IMG/VR virus record: IMGVR_UViG_3300045116_000451
Location: 31,654-95,653 of that record
Length of the DNA: 64,000 bases
Direction: 5' to 3' (one strand)
Source of the DNA: a virus
A program made the translations under genes and the position numbers. Positions within the stretch are counted from its first letter, which is position 1; each line of letters opens with the position of its first letter. Positions 56,907-64,000 of this stretch are shown in pieces. The notes below the pieces were generated by a model, which was given only the letters and a program-made list of their open reading frames with translations, searched no databases and was not told the origin of the DNA.

Positions 56907-57209
56907 TCATCGGCCGCCTTCCTTCCCATACGCCGCGATGAGCGCATCGACCTCCTGCGAGTACTGTGCGATCGTGTCCCGGCACGCCTTGAGCGCCTCG
57001 GCCTTCGCCTCGCGGATGTCAGTGGCTAGGAGTTCACTATCCACGATGTTGAGCGCGTAGGCCGAGACGTACCACCGACCCGGGCAGTCTCGCTGTCGAT
57101 GCACGAGGATGCGAAGACATTTATCCGACGCAGCCCACGAGCGCGGCGTCCTGTCGCGGTCATCTCGGCAGTAGGTGGTTACGTCGGTCCAGACGGGGTT
57201 GGTTGTCAT
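56907..57209 (-). CDS. hypothetical protein
   Basis: GGAGG RBS; resembles the N-terminal half of 56222-56788. Confidence 0.55.
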   Translation of the reverse strand: MTTNPVWTDVTTYCRDDRDRTPRSWAASDKCLRILVHRQRDCPGRWYVSAYALNIVDSELLATDIREAKAEALKACRDTIAQYSQEVDALIAAYGKEGGR

Positions 57210-57224
57210 CGGTCACCTCCTCGC

Positions 57225-57419
57225 TCAACACTCTACGACGCACGCAGTTGCGCTACAAGCTCCCGCGCGGCTCTTGGCATGCGTGTGCTCGTCGTACGGC
57301 GGGTCCGTGATGACATGGTCCACGCACCGCTCGGGCAGCGTCGGCAACACCTCGCGGCAGTCGGCGCACACCACGCACCAGCGCGCTTCACCAGCTAGGA
57401 CGGCGGCGGGCGAGGTCAT
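57225..57419 (-). pseudogene. truncated N4/N6 DNA methyltransferase
   Basis: ADCREVLPTLPERCVDHVITDPPY, then a stop after about 22 aa; no SAM-binding motif follows. Confidence 0.7.
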
Positions 57420-57754
57420 CGCTCCCCCATGTACTCGCCGCCGGTCCGTTCGGCGAGAATGCGAGCCAGCACGGTCCTGTGGCACCGCTCGGGGTCGGCG
57501 CAGTAGCAAACCAGCGTGACCTCGGCTCTGGCGGCGAGGCTCGCCCACCAACCGGCGGGGATGTTGTCCAAGCGACGCGTGTACCTGCGCACGTACTCGT
57601 CCAACGGGATCTTCCCGGACGTCCAGGCTCGCACGAGCCTACACGACGGAGCGAACGGAGCCCCAAGCCCATACGGGTTCCTGTCGGCCCCGTCGGGCGT
57701 CACGTCGATCCGGTCGGGGCCGACGTAGGTGAGGCGGGCGGTCCAGATGCGCAT
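57416..57754 (-). CDS. DUF488-like protein
   Basis: APS..L...EYVRRY...VTLVCYC...CHRTVLA. Confidence 0.65.
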   Translation of the reverse strand: MRIWTARLTYVGPDRIDVTPDGADRNPYGLGAPFAPSCRLVRAWTSGKIPLDEYVRRYTRRLDNIPAGWWASLAARAEVTLVCYCADPERCHRTVLARILAERTGGEYMGER

Positions 57755-57959
57755 CACGGCCTCCATTCCGGATCGTAGCGTTCGAGGGCGAGCCTGGCAT
57801 TGCACGAGTCGCACAAGCACACGCTCCCGCAATTCTTCTTGTCGCACTTCCTGCGTGCTACCGAACCAAGCACGGACCGCATGGCCCTGGCACGCTTGAT
57901 TCTCCACTCAGCGGTGTATTCGTCGGACAGGCTTTCTTCGTGCTTCGGGTTCATTGTCG

Positions 57960-58310
57960 TCACAACCCTCCCTCGTCCGAATCGGGCACCGACCGCACCT
58001 CGAGCGGGTGCCTAGCACAGTAGTCGCCACACCGACAATTCGGGTACACGCAGTTACGCCGCCCAGTAGCTTGCAGTAGGTGATACGTATACAGGTGGCC
58101 ACACGTGCTGCATTCGCTCGCTCGAACGACTTCGTCGTGCGATCGTTTCATCTCCACCACGATTGCGGCCAAGATGGCGGCCGGCAGATCGTCTCCTTCA
58201 CAGCCGGACACGGACCACTTTCCGTCCACGCGCTTCAGCGAGATAGAGTGGCCTTTGTCTGTCAGATCCGCAAGGCAGTCGAGCAGCGCAAGCGTTCGAT
58301 CGACCATGAT
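57960..58310 (-). CDS. hypothetical protein
   Basis: Cys-rich C-terminus; start uncertain. Confidence 0.45.
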   Translation of the reverse strand: MMVDRTLALLDCLADLTDKGHSISLKRVDGKWSVSGCEGDDLPAAILAAIVVEMKRSHDEVVRASECSTCGHLYTYHLLQATGRRNCVYPNCRCGDYCARHPLEVRSVPDSDEGGL

Positions 58311-58376
58311 CACTCCTCCGTCGCCGGCAAGGGTCGTACCCAACCTGAGCAGTCGCACCCCGGCATCTTGCGGGGC

Positions 58377-59858
58377 TCACTTGTCCTTGAGCGCCATCAT
58401 CTCGGGCATGTCAGGCTTCCACTTCCCACAAGCCTCGAACACGGCCGCAAGCATGTCGGGTGCGTAACTATCGTAGGCTTGACCATGCTGGAAAGTTCGT
58501 TGAACTCCCCACTCAATCATGTCTTGTGGCTCGCACCACGAACACGGGCCAGCCTTTCGGTTGATGGCGTCCACGTACATCGAGAACTTGCCCTCGGAAG
58601 CGGTGTAGAGCTTGGGCGAGACGTCCCGCTGCTTCAGCTCGGTCTTGAACATGGCCGCGAGCGCGCTGTCCACGGACACGGTCGGCCAGTAGTTCGTACC
58701 CTTCAGGTGATCGATCTCGTCGAGCCACCCACCAACGTCCTCCCACTTGGCGTTCTTGCCACGACCCACGAGCTTGGGCGCGAGCACGAGCACCGGCAGG
58801 CCGCAGTACACGGCATGCCGAATAACCTCCCGGGTCCACGTACAGCCGGCGATGACCTGCACCGTGACGCGCTTGTCATGCAACATCTTGTCCGGCACGG
58901 CCCTGAACGCGGCGTGCACTTCCCCGCGTGACCTGCACGACACACCGAGCGCATCGACACGAGACATGTCCAGGGTCTTGCACAGCTTGACCGGATCGTG
59001 GGTTGTCAGCCCGATCCCAATGCCTCGGCCCGCGAAGTTCTCGACGATGGCGCCCAGCTCCGGGTGACACAATGGCTCGCCTCCGCCCAGAACCACTTCG
59101 AACACCTGGCATTCTTCGAGCGCGTCCGCGAGTGCGCGAATCGCTTGCATTGAAGCGTGCTCCCCGCCGTATTTCGCGTCCGCGTAGCAGAACTCACACC
59201 CGCCGTCGCAAGCCTTGGTGATCTTCACATCGACAAGCTCCGGCAGCGTCGAGCACTCTGGCTCCGGAGCCGGCTCCGACGAGACCGAGAGCGTCAGACG
59301 CACCTTGGCACCGGTGGTTCGGTTCATGATCGTCCAGAACCCGAGCGGGTCCTTGCGACATACATGTACATCTCTCGTGTCCTTTTCTAGCTTGCCGATC
59401 TCGCTCACGCTCGGGTTCGACCTGAGCGGATGCCAGCCGTCTTCACTGTTGTCGTTCCCGCCGAGGATTGCGACGCGCTCGCTCAGAAGCACGTCATGCA
59501 GCTCCTGCACGAATTCTCGCGATGGCACCTCGCTGCCGAAGCGAGACGGCAACGCAAGCAGGGACTCGTGATCGACGTACCCACCCTCCTGCGGCTCATG
59601 ACCGAGCCAGGCTTTGCAGACGGCTCTGGCGACCTCCTTGTCCGGGAAAGCCGAGCGCAAGGCCTCCGCGAGCGTCTGCGCGAGATAGGCTGTCTTTGCG
59701 CCCTGGGAAGCAGCCGTGAACGTTTCCCAGCCGAAGCCTTCCACGGTCAGCGACTTTTCCACGTCGTCATCCTTCCCGGGCGCACGAAGGATGACAATCG
59801 AATGCGAGGACGAGGAATTCGTTGCGCGTCCGAGCCTCACGTTGTGGATCGTGATCAT
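58377..59858 (-). CDS. radical SAM protein with N-terminal TNSSSSHS domain
   Basis: CDGGCEFC, GGGEPL; N-terminal RLGRATNSSSSHS. Confidence 0.88.
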   Translation of the reverse strand: MITIHNVRLGRATNSSSSHSIVILRAPGKDDDVEKSLTVEGFGWETFTAASQGAKTAYLAQTLAEALRSAFPDKEVARAVCKAWLGHEPQEGGYVDHESLLALPSRFGSEVPSREFVQELHDVLLSERVAILGGNDNSEDGWHPLRSNPSVSEIGKLEKDTRDVHVCRKDPLGFWTIMNRTTGAKVRLTLSVSSEPAPEPECSTLPELVDVKITKACDGGCEFCYADAKYGGEHASMQAIRALADALEECQVFEVVLGGGEPLCHPELGAIVENFAGRGIGIGLTTHDPVKLCKTLDMSRVDALGVSCRSRGEVHAAFRAVPDKMLHDKRVTVQVIAGCTWTREVIRHAVYCGLPVLVLAPKLVGRGKNAKWEDVGGWLDEIDHLKGTNYWPTVSVDSALAAMFKTELKQRDVSPKLYTASEGKFSMYVDAINRKAGPCSWCEPQDMIEWGVQRTFQHGQAYDSYAPDMLAAVFEACGKWKPDMPEMMALKDK

Positions 59859-59889
59859 TCGCTTCTCTCTCTTTCTGGTTCTGAATCAA

Positions 59890-60573
59890 TCAAAACGTGA
59901 TCTGAGACCGGACCACCAGCGTTGCATCTGCGGGCCAGGCGATCTTGAAGACGTCGTACCTTCGTGCAGATTCACGCCTCATTCCGTACCAGTAGTCCCG
60001 ACCATTCAGTTCGAGCCTCACGACCGCTTCGTTCCCTTCTCTGGGAACCGCTTGTTGAAACTCGGGCTTTTGCAGATGCCGGGCTATCACGAGTTGGAGA
60101 AACTCCATGGCTGCGGTCCGCGCGTACGCGGCCGGATAGGCGAATCGCTTCTCGTGACGGTACATCGCCTCCGCCAGCTCGACATTGCGCGGTCCTCCCT
60201 CCAGTGTCGTCCATCCGCTCGTGTACAAGCCATCCAAATCCGTCTCGTACGAGTACCAGAAAGCTTCGTTGCCCTTGGGACACTTCGCAGGCTTGCAATG
60301 AGCGAGACCTCCGGCTTTGCGGATCCGGTCGGCCAGATCGAACAGCGTGTCCCAGTGCCGATCGCACCGAAGCCGGCAACGGTGGTACAGGTCCTCGGCC
60401 CGCGCCAGAACGTTCGGATGAACAAAACGTCCCTCCCAAACGCGGCCGATACCTTGATAGTGGTCATACTGCTTTCGGATCCTTTGTCCGCCCTTGTACA
60501 CCCAGCCGTCACCGCGAAACTCGGTCACTGGGTCCGGCCTCGGATCAAATGCTCGTACTTCAGGCGTCGTCAT
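59890..60573 (-). CDS. hypothetical protein
   Basis: 227 aa coupled ORF. Confidence 0.6.
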   Translation of the reverse strand: MTTPEVRAFDPRPDPVTEFRGDGWVYKGGQRIRKQYDHYQGIGRVWEGRFVHPNVLARAEDLYHRCRLRCDRHWDTLFDLADRIRKAGGLAHCKPAKCPKGNEAFWYSYETDLDGLYTSGWTTLEGGPRNVELAEAMYRHEKRFAYPAAYARTAAMEFLQLVIARHLQKPEFQQAVPREGNEAVVRLELNGRDYWYGMRRESARRYDVFKIAWPADATLVVRSQITF

Positions 60574-61283
60574 GACCCGCTGCTCCTCTCCAGGTGCCTA
60601 CTCTTCGTGCGCTGCCAGCCAACGGGCAGGTAACTGGTCGGATAGTAGGCCCCCGCGAGGTTGGCCCCCGCGAAGTCGGCCCCCGCGAGGTCGGCCCCCG
60701 CAAGATTGGCACCTGCGAGGTTGACCCTCGTGAGGTGGGCATCCGCGAGGTTGGCCCCCGTGAGGTTGGCCCTCGTGAGATTGGCACCCGTGAGGTCGGC
60801 CCCCACGAGGTTGGCACTCACGAGGTTGGCACCCACGAGGTTGGCACCTGCGAGGTTGGCACCAGCGAGGTCCAGCCGGCCGAGTCGCGCACCGCACGAT
60901 TCGCCCCAGGCGTGCTCGGGGAGCACCTCGCCGATGATCTCGCGCCGCAGCGCACAGCATTTCTGCTCATCCGCCACGACTTGTCCTACGAGCGCGACGA
61001 CCCACACCCGCGAGCCGCACCAACGATGCGGCTCATCGGTCGCGTGCAGCGCGTGTTCGGTGCACGGATGCAGCGAGCCGTCCACCTCCTGGCTCATCCC
61101 GGGCCACACCGACTCGCCCGGCTGCCTCGACGCGTGATTCGCCGGCCTCCCGTGCGCGTCGCTGCACCAGTACGTGATCCTGTCGCCTCGCTCGACGCAC
61201 CGGGCGAGGTGCTCGCGCTGGGCGTCGGTCCACCCAGTCGCCCCCACGGGGCCGATATCAGTGCGGGTCCCGGTGATCCTCAT
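60570..61283 (-). CDS. pentapeptide repeat protein
   Basis: A(N/D)LxG repeats after a shared N-terminal domain. Confidence 0.9.
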   Translation of the reverse strand: MRITGTRTDIGPVGATGWTDAQREHLARCVERGDRITYWCSDAHGRPANHASRQPGESVWPGMSQEVDGSLHPCTEHALHATDEPHRWCGSRVWVVALVGQVVADEQKCCALRREIIGEVLPEHAWGESCGARLGRLDLAGANLAGANLVGANLVSANLVGADLTGANLTRANLTGANLADAHLTRVNLAGANLAGADLAGADFAGANLAGAYYPTSYLPVGWQRTKSRHLERSSGS

Positions 61284-62161
61284 GGCGCGCTTCTCGCGAG
61301 CTTCCCGGATTTGGTTCGGCGCCAGCCGTACGGCACATCGCCGGTCGGGTAGTATGCGCTGTCGAAATTCGCCCCATTCGTATGTGTATCTAGCAAATCC
61401 ACTCCTGCGAGGTTCGCTTCCTGCAACCTCGCATCACACAGCTCCGCATATTGCAGATTCGCGCTATGCAGATTCGCGCGCAACAGTTTGGCATCCCGCA
61501 GATTCGCTCCATACAGGTTCGCGAATCGGAGGTCCGCGTCTCGAAGATTCGCGCCGCCTAGATTGCAATTCCCGAGCGTCGCGCCCTCCAGATTCGCTCC
61601 CCACAGGTTCGCGCCCCCCAGATTCGCGCGCCACAGTTTGGCATTCCGAAGGTTCGCGCCGCACAGGTTTGCAACCCGAAGATCCGAGGTGCGCAAGTCA
61701 GCCCCCTCCAGATTCGCGTCTTCCAAGTACGCGTTGCACAAAAACGAACCTGCGAGATCCTGCCGCCCGACTCGGACACCGCACGATTCATCCCAAGCAT
61801 GGTCCGGGAGCACTTCTCCGATGATCTCGCGACGGAGAGCGCCCAATTTCGCGTCATCGTCGAATTTCACCTCCCCGGCTAGTGAGACGACCCAAACGCG
61901 TGCCCCATACCAGCGATGCGGCTGGTCAGTGCCGTACAGCATGCGCGCGCCAAATTCCAGCGCTTGATCGAGTTCCTGGATCATTCCAGGCCAGACGAAA
62001 TCGTCGGGCTGATACCACGCCGGTCGCCCTTGGGCGTCCGAGCACAAGTAGGTGATGCAGTCACCGCACTCGATGCAGCGGGCGAGGTGCTCGCGCTGAG
62101 CGTCGGTCCACCCAGTCGCCCCCACGGGACCGATGTCAGTGCGTTCGCCTGAGATCTTCAT
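61280..62161 (-). CDS. pentapeptide repeat protein
   Basis: A(N/D)Lxx repeats; same N- and C-caps. Confidence 0.9.
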   Translation of the reverse strand: MKISGERTDIGPVGATGWTDAQREHLARCIECGDCITYLCSDAQGRPAWYQPDDFVWPGMIQELDQALEFGARMLYGTDQPHRWYGARVWVVSLAGEVKFDDDAKLGALRREIIGEVLPDHAWDESCGVRVGRQDLAGSFLCNAYLEDANLEGADLRTSDLRVANLCGANLRNAKLWRANLGGANLWGANLEGATLGNCNLGGANLRDADLRFANLYGANLRDAKLLRANLHSANLQYAELCDARLQEANLAGVDLLDTHTNGANFDSAYYPTGDVPYGWRRTKSGKLARSAP

Positions 62162-62928
62162 GGCGTCGTGCTCCTCTCCAGGTACCCGTTCTCCGCGCGC
62201 CGCCAGCCAACGGGCAGGTCACCGGTCGGATAGTAGGCCCCCGCGAGGTTGGCCCCCGTGAGGTTGGCCAGCACGAGGTCGACCCCCGTGAGGTTGGCCC
62301 TCGCGAGATTGGCACCTGCGAAGTTGGCCCTCGTGAGATTGGCACCCGTGAGGTTGGCCCACGCGAGGTGGGCATCCGCGAGGTAGGCCCACGCGAGGTT
62401 GGACCACGTGAGGTTGGCACCTGCGAGGTTGGCCCCCGCGAGGTTGGCATCCGCGAGGTGGGCATCCGCGAGGTGGGCATCCGCGAGGTTGGCCCACGCG
62501 AGGTTAGCCCACGCGAGATCCCGCCTGCCCAGCCGCGCACCGCACGATTCGTCCCATGCGTGCTCTCGGAGCACCTCGCCGATGATCTCGCGCCGCAGCG
62601 CACAGCACTTCTGCTCGTCGGACACGATCTGTCCGACTAGCGCGACGACCCACACCCGCGAGCCGCACCAACGATGCGGCTCGTCGGTCGCGTGCAGCGC
62701 GTGTTCGGTGCACGGATGCAGCGGGCCGTCCACCTCTTGGCCCATGCCCGGCCACACGGATCCGTCTCCGGAGCCGCCGTTCGCCGGCCTCCCGTGCGCG
62801 TCGCTACACCAGTAGGTGATGCGATCCCCACGCTCGATGCACCGGACGAGGTGCTCGCGCTGGGCGTCGGTCCATCCCGTTGCGCCAACGGCGCCAAAGT
62901 CGGTGCGGGTGCCGGAAATTCTTATCAT
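62158..62928 (-). CDS. pentapeptide repeat protein
   Basis: A(N/H)LAx repeats; same N- and C-caps. Confidence 0.9.
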   Translation of the reverse strand: MIRISGTRTDFGAVGATGWTDAQREHLVRCIERGDRITYWCSDAHGRPANGGSGDGSVWPGMGQEVDGPLHPCTEHALHATDEPHRWCGSRVWVVALVGQIVSDEQKCCALRREIIGEVLREHAWDESCGARLGRRDLAWANLAWANLADAHLADAHLADANLAGANLAGANLTWSNLAWAYLADAHLAWANLTGANLTRANFAGANLARANLTGVDLVLANLTGANLAGAYYPTGDLPVGWRRAENGYLERSTTP

Positions 62929-63227
62929 GTCCGATCGCCTTTGCAGAGCATGCGCTGATGCCTTGCCCTGTGCGAACGGCCCGCCACGAGGTCGAACGCA
63001 TAGCTACCCTGGCTGACGCCCTTGACATCGAACGGGCGCTTCATGAGACCGCACAGGTACGCATGCTCGGCCAGTAAGCCCTGCAGGAATCGCTTCCGCA
63101 GACCGTGTGGCCAGCCCTTGAACGCTACCCGCGCACTTTGGGACCGCTGCAGGTCGCGGCGGGACGGCTTCGTCCTGTCGATCTCGGACGTCCCGTGCTG
63201 GGCCCTTGACGAAGACGAGCGCGTCAC
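62925..63227 (-). CDS. hypothetical protein
   Basis: Coupled ORF. Confidence 0.4.
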   Translation of the reverse strand: MTRSSSSRAQHGTSEIDRTKPSRRDLQRSQSARVAFKGWPHGLRKRFLQGLLAEHAYLCGLMKRPFDVKGVSQGSYAFDLVAGRSHRARHQRMLCKGDRT

Positions 63228-63523
63228 GGTTGGTCGCCTCCGCTGCGGCGCAATGCGTCGTTCGCGGCCTGCATGCGCCGCAGTTCATCCTCTAGAATAC
63301 GGACTTCGCGATGCGCCTCGTGCAGCCGCTCCGCTTCGCCCGCGACGCACACGGCTAGTTCGTGGTCTATCAGGCCCCTCAGCGCGGCTGAGAAATCGCT
63401 CTCGATCGATTCGTCACCCCGCGCGTGCTGGGCCAGCAGGCCCTGTAGCGCCCCGCTCCGATCACGCAGCGCGACCACCGCGAACCACCGCAGCGCGGCG
63501 GTCGCGCGCAGGTCTGGGCTCAC
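63224..63523 (-). CDS. hypothetical coiled-coil protein
   Basis: Coupled ORF. Confidence 0.5.
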   Translation of the reverse strand: MSPDLRATAALRWFAVVALRDRSGALQGLLAQHARGDESIESDFSAALRGLIDHELAVCVAGEAERLHEAHREVRILEDELRRMQAANDALRRSGGDQP

Positions 63524-64000
63524 GACGCCACCTGCGCGCTCGCCTTTTCACGCTTGACGATCATCGCCCACGCTCCTTTCTCTCGCAGCTCTCGCGCCGC
63601 AGCGCCTCGATCCATCCTTCGTGCTTACCATCCGCCGCGTCCGACTCCTCGCGCGTCCAAATCTCGGCTCGGCCCGTATCGATCGCGCCAAGTACGCGAT
63701 ACCAGATCGCCAGGTCGGGCTCGGACAGCCCGCCGGGGCCTTCCCGATCCCGCAGCAGGCCGGCCGCTTGCCGCATGACGCGCGTGCCCTCGACATCGCG
63801 GATCACTTCACACCTCGGATCGCCTCGAGCCAGGCCCGCAGTTGCGCCTCCCGCTTCGCCGACCACTTCGCGCCCGCCTCGGCCGCCTTGCACTCCTGCA
63901 CCAGCCGGCGCCTGACGCGAACGATGCCTGGCGACGGCTGCGAAACCGCCAAAAGCACACTGATCGTTTCGCGCAGGTCGGACGCTCGTCGAGCGCACGC

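Larger units (their letters stand above)
1..64000. mobile_element. Bacterial virus/provirus genome segment, probably tailless and membrane-containing
   Basis: Densely packed, translationally coupled small ORFs; phage-type SNF2 and SF2 helicases, RusA, DUF5131, tyrosine recombinase; structural block with many TM proteins; no host core genes; no terminase/portal/tail seen. Confidence 0.85.

Noticed and set aside
60650-62520. 15-bp periodic repeats as a CRISPR array or DGR
   Set aside because: They are in-frame pentapeptide codons; no spacers and no reverse transcriptase in the window
1-64000. tRNA/rRNA genes, att sites, tracrRNA, terminase/portal/tail, cas1/cas2
   Set aside because: None recognisable by eye; absence needs confirmation with tRNAscan, Infernal and HMM searches

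Overview
The whole 64 kb window looks like one high-GC bacterial virus or provirus, with no host housekeeping genes and no visible ends. No terminase, portal, HK97 capsid or tail genes are recognisable. A long minus-strand block (about 10.5-46.8 kb) instead encodes three adjacent beta-rich capsid-like proteins, a very basic membrane-anchored core protein and about 15 small membrane proteins. It also encodes two GT4 glycosyltransferases, a J-domain protein, a transglutaminase-like Cys enzyme, two kinase-like proteins, a dual-specificity phosphatase and an HExxH peptidase. This suggests a tailless, membrane-containing virus (inference). The structural proteins share recurrent short motifs: (L/M/I)xG(L/F)G, which fits the adenovirus protease consensus, G(I/V)F, and Asn followed by a basic tail. 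The virus also carries a compact type V CRISPR system: a 637-aa Cas12m-like RuvC protein with an intact D-E-D triad, no cas1/cas2, and three array segments with related 36-bp repeats. One spacer matches a gene in this same genome at 33/36 nt, and a small Cys-rich ORF sits inside one array. The left arm has an SNF2 helicase, a DUF1874/AcrIII-1 homologue lacking the catalytic His, and a 1393-aa tyrosine recombinase. The right arm has small accessory genes (radical SAM, DUF5131, MazG-like, three pentapeptide-repeat paralogues). All family calls come from motif recognition by eye; no searches were run.
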